A stretch of DNA of 49,265 nucleotides from a virus: IMG/VR virus record IMGVR_UViG_3300045988_047456. One strand, 5' to 3'. Positions 32,752-41,681 of the stretch are shown piece by piece. The notes below the pieces were generated by a model that was given only the letters and a program-made list of their open reading frames with translations, was not told where the DNA came from and searched no databases. Position numbers and translations under genes: made by a program. Every line of letters begins with the position of its first letter. Position 1 is the first letter of the stretch.

Positions 32752-32784
32752 AGAGACAGTCGAGAGGCTGTCTCTTTTGTTTTG
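32752..32784 (+). terminator. strong intrinsic terminator closing the T-depleted tract
   Basis: AGAGACAG (32752..32759) pairs with CTGTCTCT (32768..32775) around an 8-nt loop, followed by TTTGTTTTG. Confidence 0.75.
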
Positions 32785-32789
32785 CCTTC

Positions 32790-32880
32790 AGACGCCTACG
32801 CGAGCAGGCCACCCGGCCAGCGCGGCGCGGCTTAGGTACTACCCAGGCCCCCTACGGCCCGCGGCGCGGGGAAGGCCCGG
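32790..32880. repeat. GC-rich direct-repeat cluster (candidate late promoter/activator site or packaging-related site)
   Basis: CGCGGCGCGG occurs at 32821..32830 and 32860..32869. Each copy is preceded by CCTACG and GGCC elements. Local GC is far above the genome average. Confidence 0.3.
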
Positions 32881-32960
32881 CTCTTCACCGGATATGAGCA
32901 AAAATTTTTTCTCTATTTCGTTACGCTTGCCCCAAAATCCCCAGGAAGGAGGCAAAAACC

Positions 32961-34325
32961 ATGGGAGATTATATGAAGATGGAACGCCGAAGGCTTTCAG
33001 ACCTGAGACCTGCGGAATATAACCCAAGGGTTCCGCTTCAGCCGGAGGATAAAGAGTACCAGGACATAAAATGCAGCATCGAAGAGAACGGATACCTGGA
33101 TCCAATCGTGATCAATTACGACGGAACCATCATAAAAGGCCATCAGCGCCGCACAGTTATGATGGACCTCGGAATAGAGGAAGCAGAAGTCGTTGTTCTC
33201 AATATCAGAGACAAAGGAAAGGAAAAGCAGGCCAATATCGCCCTGAATAAGATAACTGGACGATGGGATGAGCTGAAGCTCAGGGACCTACTCTTGGATT
33301 TGGAACTAAATGAGTATGATCTTGCAGCGACTGGATTCTCTACTAGCGAGCTGGAAGACCTCTGCGTGGACTTGGAGAAAGATGCCGAAGCAGAAGATGA
33401 CGACTTCGACCCTGAAGAAGAATACAAAAAAATCGATGAGCCCATAACCAGAAGGGGAGATATCTGGATTTTAGGGCGTCATCGATTAATGTGCGGAGAC
33501 AGTACGTCTCCATCTGACATAGCAGAACTGATGGCCGGTGAAGAGGCCGACCTCATCATAACAGACCCGCCATACAACGTCAACTATGGAGGAAAAACTG
33601 AATTTATGAAGGATTCTGGCAGAGGCCAGGGACAGTCATGCATTCAGAACGACGACATGGATGAGGAAAGTTTTCACGACTTTCTGTTTGACGCTTACGG
33701 ATCAGCTGTCAGTATCATGCGGCCAGGCGCCGCAATTTATGTATTTCATTCCGATTCGCATGGCGAAACATTCAGGAGGGCCTTCAGAGAAGCTGGCCTG
33801 AAGCTGAGCGAGTGCCTGATTTGGGAGAAAAACTCCTTCGTGTTAGGCCGGAGCGATTACCAGTGGATTCATGAACCCATTTTATATGGGTGGAAGGAAG
33901 GCGCTGGCCATTATTTCATTAATGACCGTACTCAGGCTACGGTTCTCATGGATGAAGAGCTGGATCTCGAATCCATGAAGAAAAAAGACCTGATCACATA
34001 CATCGAACAGATCCGGGAGGCGTTCAAAGATCAGACTACGGTTTTATTTGAGAATAAGCCTTTAAGAAACGACATCCATCCAACCATGAAGCCGGTACCG
34101 CTGATTGGAAGACTTATGAAGAATTCCAGTAAACCGGGATGGAATGTCACGGACCTGTTCGGAGGTGGTGGTTCCACCCTCATGGCCGCGGAACAGCTGA
34201 ACCGCGCAGCCTATCTGATGGAGCTTGACGAGAAGTTCTGTGACGTAATCGTCCGCAGGTGGGAAGAGTATACAGGAGAAAAGGCCTTCCGTTTATCGGA
34301 TTCAGACCTAAACCTGCAGCTATGA
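32961..34325 (+). CDS. ParB-like nuclease domain fused to an N6A/N4C DNA methyltransferase
   Basis: 454 aa. N-terminus 'YNPRV..IEENGYLDPIVINYDGTIIKGHQRR' is ParB/Srx-like. 'LIITDPPYNVNYGG' is motif IV and the C-terminal 'DLFGGGGSTLMAAEQL' is motif I (beta-class order). Confidence 0.8.
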   Translation: MGDYMKMERRRLSDLRPAEYNPRVPLQPEDKEYQDIKCSIEENGYLDPIVINYDGTIIKGHQRRTVMMDLGIEEAEVVVLNIRDKGKEKQANIALNKITGRWDELKLRDLLLDLELNEYDLAATGFSTSELEDLCVDLEKDAEAEDDDFDPEEEYKKIDEPITRRGDIWILGRHRLMCGDSTSPSDIAELMAGEEADLIITDPPYNVNYGGKTEFMKDSGRGQGQSCIQNDDMDEESFHDFLFDAYGSAVSIMRPGAAIYVFHSDSHGETFRRAFREAGLKLSECLIWEKNSFVLGRSDYQWIHEPILYGWKEGAGHYFINDRTQATVLMDEELDLESMKKKDLITYIEQIREAFKDQTTVLFENKPLRNDIHPTMKPVPLIGRLMKNSSKPGWNVTDLFGGGGSTLMAAEQLNRAAYLMELDEKFCDVIVRRWEEYTGEKAFRLSDSDLNLQL

Positions 34326-34345
34326 GCGAAGAGTCAATGTTGCTA

Positions 34346-34355
34346 GGGGGGGGGG
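34346..34355 (+). repeat. G10 homopolymer 6 nt upstream of the terS start codon
   Basis: TGCTAGGGGGGGGGGATTTTGATG, read directly. It occupies the position of the RBS. Confidence 0.9.
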
Positions 34356-34361
34356 ATTTTG

Positions 34362-34949
34362 ATGGCCGAGAACGGTGAAGTCAAAGGAAGCCTCTATCGA
34401 ACCGAAGTAATCGCGCAGCTTTTCGGAGTCAGCGTCCGGAGAGTGCAGCAGTTGACTCAGGAAGGGATAATCTCCACAACAAAGATCCTGGAAGATGGTC
34501 ATACGGTCCGCAGATATGACCTGGTACCGACTATTCAAAGCTACATCAAGTACCTGTCTGAAAAGGCGTATGGGAAAGCTGGGCGGTCGGAAAAGGAAGT
34601 GGAGCTGCGAGAGCAGAAGATGAAGGCGGACGTCGCTCTCAAGGAATCCCAGGGAGAGCTGCACCGGTTAAAAACCGAGATTGCAGCAGGTAAATACATT
34701 TCTATCGAGGAAGTAAAGCTCGATTATGCGAAATTTTTCGTTGCTTTTAAGAAGTTCGCAACATCACTCCCGTCCAGAATCATCGGGATGCTTTCAGGAG
34801 GTATAGACCCAACGGAAGCCCGGCATCTGGAGAAGGAACTGGCCAGTGAGGTCAATCGGCTTTTAGGCGCCTTCGTAGTCGCAGGCGTCGTAGGACCGGA
34901 AGATGTACATGGAACTCAAAAGAAAAAGAATTCAGATCCGCAAGTATAA
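34362..34949 (+). CDS. terS: terminase small subunit (Nu1-like, N-terminal HTH)
   Basis: 195 aa from ATG 34362. 'EVIAQLFGVSVRRVQQLTQEGII...RRYDLVPTIQSYIKYL' is a Nu1-like winged HTH, followed by a coiled coil. It lies directly upstream of terL. Confidence 0.65.
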   Translation: MAENGEVKGSLYRTEVIAQLFGVSVRRVQQLTQEGIISTTKILEDGHTVRRYDLVPTIQSYIKYLSEKAYGKAGRSEKEVELREQKMKADVALKESQGELHRLKTEIAAGKYISIEEVKLDYAKFFVAFKKFATSLPSRIIGMLSGGIDPTEARHLEKELASEVNRLLGAFVVAGVVGPEDVHGTQKKKNSDPQV

Positions 34950-36762
34950 CGTCGCGGAATATCAGAAGGAGGCTATGCGGCAGCTGCAGCCTCCGGAGAA
35001 CCTCACCGTTTCCGAATGGGCCGAAAAGTACAGAATGCTGGACTCGAAAACATCGGCCATGCCTGGGCCATGGAGGAATGAAAAGACCCCATATCTCAAA
35101 GAGATCATGGACGAATTCATTAATTACGACACAGAAGAGATCATCTTCTGTAAACCATCCCAGGTCGGAGGAACCGAGGCAATGCAGAACATGCTCGGCT
35201 ACGTCATTCAGCAGGATCCATCGCCTACGCTTATCGTTTATCCGACAGATACCCTGGCGGAATCAATAAGCAAGAACCGACTGGAACCAATGATCAGAGC
35301 CAGCAAGCCTCTGCGCAAGCTGTACAACGAAAACGAATCATCGAAGCTGGAGCTTCAGTTCGAGGGAATGTATCTCAGTCTCAATGGTGCCAACAGTCCA
35401 TCCGCACTGGCATCTAAGGCAATTAAATATCTTTTTCTGGACGAGGTAGACAAATACCCCGGAGCCAGCAAGAAAGAAGCGGACCCTATCAGGCTGGCCA
35501 GGGAACGTACAAAGACGTTCACCAACCAGAGAAAGATATACATGACAAGTACCCCCACACTGCAGACCGGCCATATTTGGCAGGCCCTTATGGGAGCAGA
35601 TATCGAAAAGCATTACTTTGTCCCATGCCCGCACTGCGGGGAATACATAGAACTGAAATTCAGCAACCTGCGCTTTCCGGACGGAGAAGGCCTGGACAAT
35701 TCAGAGCGCGCTGACATGGCCGTCTATGTTTGCCAGGAATGCGGATGCAAGATCACTGATCAGGACAGAGACCGCATGATTCGATATGGAGAGTGGAGGG
35801 AAGTCAGAAGGAACACGAAGGCAAGTAAGAAAGTCGCATTCTGGATTAATACCCTGTATTCACCGTTTGTGCGCTTTTCTGAAATTGTAAAAGAGTTCCT
35901 CGACAGTAAAGACAATCCTGATCTTCTTCAGAACTTCGTAAACTCATGGCTGGCAGAGCCATGGGAAGACACCAAACTGAAAACGGATGCGGACATGGTC
36001 ATGGAAAGGCAGACAGATCTGCCGCAGCTTGTGGTTCCGGACTGGGCCAGATATCTGACAGCAGGAGTGGACGTCCAGGAGACGTGCCTCTACTGGACAA
36101 TCCGAGCCTGGGGACCGTATATCACGAGTCAAAACATCGCACATGGTCAGGTTCTATCTTTTCAGGATATCGAAAGCATCATGAACACCCCGTACTTGAC
36201 GGAATCCGGAGAACAGGTAGTCGTGTCGCTGTGCCTGATTGATTCAGGATATAACGCAGACAGCACATATGATTTCTGTGCATCAAATTCTGAGTGGGCT
36301 ATGCCGGTAAAAGGCGCCAATAATCCCATGATGTCTCACTTTAAAACATCAAAGATCAACAAGGTAGACAGCAGAGCCTACGGCATGAACTTAGTTCTGG
36401 TTGATGGTGATAAGTACAAAGACATGATTGCATCCAGGATGCGAAAAGACAATGGGAAAGGCGCCTGGATGGTATACGAGGGATGTGATCGGGAATATGC
36501 CGAGCAGGTGACTGCAGAGCATAAAGTCAATGTGAAATCAGGATCCAGAACCATACAGAAGTGGGTACCTAAGCACTCGCACATAGATAACCACTATCTC
36601 GACTGTGAAGTTTACTGCCTGGCCGCTGCGGATATCCTCGGAGTCCGGATGCTTCACCTTCAGGTCGAAGCTGAACGCAAAGAGCAGCTGCAGAGGCAGC
36701 GGGAAGAGAAGCAGGAAACCCCGGAAGAAAACTGGATCCGGGCAAATGAACACTGGGTATAA
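34903..36762 (+). CDS. terL: terminase large subunit, lambda GpA-like
   Basis: 619 aa. 'LTVSEWAEKYRML....PGPWRNEKTPYLKEIMD', the Walker-like 'KPSQVGGTE' and the zinc motif 'CPHCGEYI...CQECGC' are typical of GpA-family terminases. Confidence 0.9.
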   Translation: MYMELKRKRIQIRKYNVAEYQKEAMRQLQPPENLTVSEWAEKYRMLDSKTSAMPGPWRNEKTPYLKEIMDEFINYDTEEIIFCKPSQVGGTEAMQNMLGYVIQQDPSPTLIVYPTDTLAESISKNRLEPMIRASKPLRKLYNENESSKLELQFEGMYLSLNGANSPSALASKAIKYLFLDEVDKYPGASKKEADPIRLARERTKTFTNQRKIYMTSTPTLQTGHIWQALMGADIEKHYFVPCPHCGEYIELKFSNLRFPDGEGLDNSERADMAVYVCQECGCKITDQDRDRMIRYGEWREVRRNTKASKKVAFWINTLYSPFVRFSEIVKEFLDSKDNPDLLQNFVNSWLAEPWEDTKLKTDADMVMERQTDLPQLVVPDWARYLTAGVDVQETCLYWTIRAWGPYITSQNIAHGQVLSFQDIESIMNTPYLTESGEQVVVSLCLIDSGYNADSTYDFCASNSEWAMPVKGANNPMMSHFKTSKINKVDSRAYGMNLVLVDGDKYKDMIASRMRKDNGKGAWMVYEGCDREYAEQVTAEHKVNVKSGSRTIQKWVPKHSHIDNHYLDCEVYCLAAADILGVRMLHLQVEAERKEQLQRQREEKQETPEENWIRANEHWV

Positions 36763-36773
36763 GGAGGAAGAGA

Positions 36774-37004
36774 ATGGCAGAAGAAGGACAGATGACAGCT
36801 GCGGAAATGCTGCAGCAGGTTAATGAAGCAATCACAAAGGTCCTGATCGGTGGTCAGAGCTATCAGATCGGTAGCCGCAAACTGACCAGAGCCGACCTCT
36901 CCATGCTCCGCGCAATGAAGAAAGAACTGCAGGCAGAGGTGAATGCCGAAGGAAGCAGCAGCCTCCTGGACAATACCTATGTCGCGTTTTTTGACGGGAG
37001 GTAA
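36774..37004 (+). CDS. head-tail joining protein, lambda gpW-like
   Basis: 76 aa between terL and the portal, as in lambda. Contains 'ITKVLIGGQSYQIGSRKLTRADLSMLRAMKKEL'. Confidence 0.5.
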   Translation: MAEEGQMTAAEMLQQVNEAITKVLIGGQSYQIGSRKLTRADLSMLRAMKKELQAEVNAEGSSSLLDNTYVAFFDGR

Positions 37005-37007
37005 TAA

Positions 37008-38567
37008 ATGAACTGGTTAGATTCAGCGATTTCCTTTATTTCCCCAAAATTGGGCGCGAAAAGAGCAGCGTGGAGAAACTACGCAGATGAACTTCGGAAT
37101 TATGACGCAGGGAACTACGGTCGACTGAATGCCGGCTGGCGAGCTACGAATAATTCCGCAGAAATTACAGACCGGATGAGTCGCGAGACAGTCCGGGCCA
37201 GGGCGAGAGACCTGGAAAGAAACTCTGACATTATGAATTCAGTAATCCTGGCGTACAAGAGAAACGTCGTCGGCCATGGATACCAGATCCAGGCAGCTAC
37301 GTCTAACAGCTCATTAAATAAGCAGCTGGAAGAACTCTGGAAGCAGTGGTGCAAGCCACGCAACTGCGACGTCACCGGAACACAGAGCATGAATGACATT
37401 TTAAGAATGGTCGTCCGCAGGAAGAAAGTGGACGGAGGCATCCTGCTCCTGAAGAGATACACAAAGGACGGTATGGTCCCGTTCAAGCTCCAGGCCCTGG
37501 AGGTTGACGAACTGGACAATATGCAGACCGGACCGAATGAAAAAGGGAACCGAGTGGTCGGTGGTATCGAATATAACCGATATAACCGTCCCGTAGGTTA
37601 CTGGATCCGGCAGTATCAGATCGATGGGTACACCATAGCGGAACCGGTATATATTCCGGCGAAAGATATGATCTTCATTTTTGAGAAGAGGCGGCCATCG
37701 CAGATCAGGGAGATGTCCGACATGGCCTGCACTGTTCCAAGGGTGAGGGATACCAATGAATTCATGACGGCTGTATCCGTAAAAGAAAGGATCGCCGCCT
37801 GTCTTTCAGTCTTCATTAAAAAGCAGCTGCCGCCGGTTGGTGTAGGCCGTTCCGGAAGTAACAGCGGAAATGCAGGACAGAAGGAATACGACGGAAAGAC
37901 CCTGACTCCTGGAATGATCAAAGAGCTGAATGCCGGAGATGAAGTTCAGGTGGTAAATCCAACCGGACAGGCTACCGATGCGGCCAGCTTCACAAAGCTC
38001 CATCAGAGGATGATTGGAGCGGGACAGGGACTCAGCTACGAGGCAACGTCCCGCGATATGAGCGAAACAAACTATGCATCCGCAAGGCAGGGAGCCATCG
38101 AAGACGAGCTGACCTATGCGGAAGAGGAAGAAAAGATCATGACAGCCTTGGATGAAATCTACGAGACGTTTGTGATCAGCTGCGTGTTGGCTGGACTGGT
38201 TCAGATCAAGGACTTCTGGCTCAAGAAGGACAAGTATCTGAAGCACGAATGGATTAAGCAGCCGAAAAAGTGGATTGATCCGCTTAAGGAATCATCCGCA
38301 ACAAAAACAGCTATGCAGACAGGACAGAAGACGTTCAAGCAGATCGCAGCTGAGAGTGGCCGGGATTGGCGGCGTCAGGTTGACGATATGGCCGAAGTCC
38401 TGGAATACGGACGCAAAAAAGGAATTGACCTGGAAGGGGTGATATTCAATGCCAAGAGCAAAGAAAAGGATCCGGAAAAAGAAGATGCAGCAGGCCAGGA
38501 ACCTTCTTCTGAAGAGGGAGGCGGCGGCGACACCACTGCAGGCGGATCCGAAGCATCAAAAGAATAA
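37008..38567 (+). CDS. portal protein (lambda family)
   Basis: 519 aa. Position, size and the acidic/Gly-rich C-terminal tail support the call. Confidence 0.8.
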   Translation: MNWLDSAISFISPKLGAKRAAWRNYADELRNYDAGNYGRLNAGWRATNNSAEITDRMSRETVRARARDLERNSDIMNSVILAYKRNVVGHGYQIQAATSNSSLNKQLEELWKQWCKPRNCDVTGTQSMNDILRMVVRRKKVDGGILLLKRYTKDGMVPFKLQALEVDELDNMQTGPNEKGNRVVGGIEYNRYNRPVGYWIRQYQIDGYTIAEPVYIPAKDMIFIFEKRRPSQIREMSDMACTVPRVRDTNEFMTAVSVKERIAACLSVFIKKQLPPVGVGRSGSNSGNAGQKEYDGKTLTPGMIKELNAGDEVQVVNPTGQATDAASFTKLHQRMIGAGQGLSYEATSRDMSETNYASARQGAIEDELTYAEEEEKIMTALDEIYETFVISCVLAGLVQIKDFWLKKDKYLKHEWIKQPKKWIDPLKESSATKTAMQTGQKTFKQIAAESGRDWRRQVDDMAEVLEYGRKKGIDLEGVIFNAKSKEKDPEKEDAAGQEPSSEEGGGGDTTAGGSEASKE

Positions 38568-39168
38568 GGGCATCCGGGAACTTACTATCGGAAGTATTCG
38601 TGCTTTAGAAGGCGAAGGAAATGAAAGAACCTTCGTTCTCAGTTTCTCTTCTGAAGAACCATATGATCGGTGGTTTGGCCCTGAGATTCTGGATCACGCA
38701 GACGGATGCGTAGATCTTGAGAGAATCAACAGTATCGGATGCGTTTTATTTAACCATAAACGTGATTACGTCATCGGAAAAATCAAGAGGGCGTGGATCG
38801 AGAATGGTCGAGGCCAGGCAGAAATCGAGTTCGATACTGATGAAGCCTCGGAAGTTATCTATCAGAAAGTCAAAAGCGGAACCCTTAAAGGAGTCAGCGT
38901 CGGCTACATGGTAGATTCCTGGGAGGAAGTAATGCCAGGAAAGCAGTCTGCAGATGGAAGATTTACAGGACCATGCAGCATCGCAAGGAAGTGGGCGCCT
39001 TACGAGATCAGCATCGTATCTGTACCGGCAGATCCAACCGTCGGGGTCGGAAGATCCGACGGCGATGGGGAATCCGGGAAAACCAGCCTGGAGATGTGCG
39101 AACGGCAACTTCAAATAAACAAAAATTTAATGGAGGAAGAGACAGATGACAATCAGAGAAATGATTGA
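38449..39168 (+). CDS. prohead protease (HK97/S78-like)
   Basis: 239 aa with RBS GGGGTGA 6 nt before ATG 38449. '..FVLSFSSEEPYDRWFGPEILDH...LFNHKRDYVIGKI...SGTLKGVSVGY...EISIVSVPADP' fits the pattern. It overlaps the portal 3' end by 119 nt. Confidence 0.7.
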   Translation: MPRAKKRIRKKKMQQARNLLLKREAAATPLQADPKHQKNKGIRELTIGSIRALEGEGNERTFVLSFSSEEPYDRWFGPEILDHADGCVDLERINSIGCVLFNHKRDYVIGKIKRAWIENGRGQAEIEFDTDEASEVIYQKVKSGTLKGVSVGYMVDSWEEVMPGKQSADGRFTGPCSIARKWAPYEISIVSVPADPTVGVGRSDGDGESGKTSLEMCERQLQINKNLMEEETDDNQRND

Positions 39169-40726
39169 AAGACAGCAGCAGATTGTTAATGCGGCAAGAA
39201 CTGCCGGCCGAGATATGACGTCGGAAGAAACCGCAGAGTTCGAGCGTCTGCAGAGAAGCATTGATGCTGCAAGAGCTGCTGCCACACATGGTGCCGGAAG
39301 CTCCGGCCAGGGATCCTCTGCAACACCTGCTGCAGGATCCAGACAGCAGAACACCGGCGATGATCCGGATGGTGATCCTGACCCGGAGGGTGACACTCAG
39401 AGGGCAGTAGCTGCAGAAAGAGCAAGAATCCAGTCTATCACAGAGATGTGTGCTCAGTTCGGTATGGAATCAAGAGATTACATTCAGAACGGAACCACAG
39501 TGGATCAGATGAGAGCTGCAGTCATCGAGCACCTTACAAACGGAGGCGCTCCGGTAAACACAGGGGTCAGAGTCCTGAGATCCGAAGAAGACAAGTACAG
39601 GGCAGCAGTCTCCGATGCACTTCTTCAGAGAGGCGGAATAACAGTCGAGAAACCTGCGGAAGGCTCCAGGGACTTCATGGGAATGAGTATCCGTAACCTT
39701 GCTGTTGAATGTCTGATCAAAGAAGGCGGAAGTACAGACTTGTACAGAAAGTCCGCTGAGGAAATCTATCAGATGGCAGTCAGAGGATTCTACAATCCAG
39801 AATCTGCGTTCCCTGCAATCCTGGATCAGACTATCGAGAAAGCCTACAAGGAAGGATACAACAAAGTAAACGTGACTTTCGATAAGTTCTGCAAAAAAGG
39901 AACACTGACAGACTTTAAGAAACACGACAACTACTATGTAGCAGGACCCGTCGGTGAGTTCTACGAGGTACCGGAGAACGGAGAACTGAAACATGATGTA
40001 TTTAGCGATGCGAAGTTGCCGCAGCGACAGCTGAAAACATACGGTCGCCAGTTCACACTGTCCAGAAAAGCCTTCGTGGACGATGACATCAGCCTTGTAA
40101 CATCCGTTCCGGCCAGATATGCAGCAGCCTCAAGAAGAACCCAGAACAAACAGGTATTCGAGATCCTTCTGAAGAACCCGGCCATCTACGATGGAACTCA
40201 GCTCTTTGGAACAGCTCACAAGAACCTTGTTAAAACTGGTACCGGTGTCACCCAGGAAGCTATGCAGACGATGATTATGGCACTGGCAAACCAGCGTGAC
40301 CAGTTCGACCAGGCAATCGTGATCAATCCGCGCACCATCGTCGTTCCTTCTGGCCTGAGCTTCGACATGTACACACTATTCAACAGCCCGTACATCGAAA
40401 CAAAGGATAATACCCAGGCAGTAAACCCGCTTTACAACTACCGCGGAATGCTGGAAGTCGTAGAGGACCCGACCATCAACACACTGTGCGGAGGTATGGG
40501 AAATATCATGCCATGGTTCCTGTTCGGTAATCCTTCAGACTGCGACGGAATCGAGATCGACTACCTGAATGGCCAGGAAATCCCGACGATCAGAAGAATG
40601 GAAGCTCCTGGACAGCTTGGATTTATCTGGGATATCTACCTCGATTGGGGCATCACCGTAATGGATTATCGCTCCATCGTCAAGAACCCAGGCGTCAAAG
40701 TCAGCACCAAGCTGGAACTTGCGTAA
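39146..40726 (+). CDS. major capsid protein with long N-terminal scaffold/delta-like region
   Basis: 526 aa. An N-terminal coil ('IERQQQIVNAARTAGRDMTSEETAEFERLQ') is followed by a G/S/D/P-rich linker, 'AERARIQSITEM', and then a roughly 350-aa capsid-like body. Confidence 0.75.
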   Translation: MTIREMIERQQQIVNAARTAGRDMTSEETAEFERLQRSIDAARAAATHGAGSSGQGSSATPAAGSRQQNTGDDPDGDPDPEGDTQRAVAAERARIQSITEMCAQFGMESRDYIQNGTTVDQMRAAVIEHLTNGGAPVNTGVRVLRSEEDKYRAAVSDALLQRGGITVEKPAEGSRDFMGMSIRNLAVECLIKEGGSTDLYRKSAEEIYQMAVRGFYNPESAFPAILDQTIEKAYKEGYNKVNVTFDKFCKKGTLTDFKKHDNYYVAGPVGEFYEVPENGELKHDVFSDAKLPQRQLKTYGRQFTLSRKAFVDDDISLVTSVPARYAAASRRTQNKQVFEILLKNPAIYDGTQLFGTAHKNLVKTGTGVTQEAMQTMIMALANQRDQFDQAIVINPRTIVVPSGLSFDMYTLFNSPYIETKDNTQAVNPLYNYRGMLEVVEDPTINTLCGGMGNIMPWFLFGNPSDCDGIEIDYLNGQEIPTIRRMEAPGQLGFIWDIYLDWGITVMDYRSIVKNPGVKVSTKLELA

Positions 40727-40744
40727 GAAAGGAGGACATAGAAC

Positions 40745-41074
40745 ATGAGTAAAGCCGCATATCACCAGAGAGGTGAAACTCTTGATTACACAAACACCGG
40801 AGCCAGCGCGATTGAAGCAGGGACTATCCTGACAATCGGAAAAAGGATCGGTGTAGCCGCTACTCTGATTCAGCCGAAAGCGCTTGGAGCTGTTGATGTA
40901 GTCGGCGTATTCACAATGCCAAAGACCTCAACCAACGCAATCACAATGGGAACTCCGGTCTACTTCGATGGTACAGGAATCACAGAGACCGCATCCACTA
41001 ATGTCCTGGCAGGCTACGCAGTGGCCGACGCAGCTGCCGGTGATAAAGAAATCCTTGTAAAGATCAACGCATGA
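40745..41074 (+). CDS. DUF2190-like capsid decoration/cement protein
   Basis: 109 aa. 'GETLDYTNTGASAIEAGTILTIGKRIGVAA......GVFTMPK....ITMGTPVYFD' matches the DUF2190 pattern from memory. Confidence 0.55.
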   Translation: MSKAAYHQRGETLDYTNTGASAIEAGTILTIGKRIGVAATLIQPKALGAVDVVGVFTMPKTSTNAITMGTPVYFDGTGITETASTNVLAGYAVADAAAGDKEILVKINA

Positions 41075-41343
41075 AGCTGATCGCAAAAGTTCCGATCTTA
41101 TATTTTGCACATCTGTATGAGGTCGGAGATGAGCTGCCGCTTCAGAGCCAGACCATGGTGGATGCGTGGTTGAAAGCAGGAACTGCAGAGAGACTGGAAG
41201 ACGGTCAGGAGCAGAAAAAGCCTGCGAAGCGGCCGAAAGCCAGAATGGCAACGGCCAGACCTGGACAGATCGGGATATCCACGACCGGTAACGAGGAAGA
41301 CCTCGCCGGCAGGATTCCGGATTCTCCGGAGCGCCATGCATGA
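41071..41343 (+). CDS. hypothetical head-module protein
   Basis: 90-aa ORF with overlapping start and stop. Confidence 0.45.
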   Translation: MKLIAKVPILYFAHLYEVGDELPLQSQTMVDAWLKAGTAERLEDGQEQKKPAKRPKARMATARPGQIGISTTGNEEDLAGRIPDSPERHA

Positions 41344-41681
41344 GCTTTAAGGACATAATCGCAGAAGATGTGCACCGAACATTCATGAACCCGGAAGAGT
41401 TCTCTGACATTCACAACCTGAATGGAGTTAATGTCCCCGTTCAGATTGACTCAAACGAGCAGATCGAGAGGGAGAAAAGATTCAACCAGCATATGGATGG
41501 AATCTACCTCAATCAGAAGCTGATCTATGTATCAGCGGAAGATTACAGGAAAGCCCCTGGGCGGTCAGGTATGCCAAAGCAGGGAACTGCACTGTCACTC
41601 GACGGAAAAATATACCGCGTAGCCGATGCAATCGACGAAGGCGGTGTGTATTCCATCACACTGGAGGCGAACAAAGCATGA
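41340..41681 (+). CDS. head-tail adaptor-like protein
   Basis: 113 aa. Supported by position and '...GTALSLDGKIYRVADAIDEGGVYSITLE'. The family call is weak. Confidence 0.4.
   Translation: MSFKDIIAEDVHRTFMNPEEFSDIHNLNGVNVPVQIDSNEQIEREKRFNQHMDGIYLNQKLIYVSAEDYRKAPGRSGMPKQGTALSLDGKIYRVADAIDEGGVYSITLEANKA

Noticed and set aside
32092-32835. Five long overlapping ORFs on both strands (32092..32511-, 32248..32835+, 32330..32665-, 32334..32660+, 32400..32729-).
   Set aside because: They exist only because the tract has almost no T (or A on the other strand), so stop codons cannot occur. None has an RBS. The products are R/G/Q/H or C/L/P low-complexity strings, and all frames being open at once argues for composition rather than coding.
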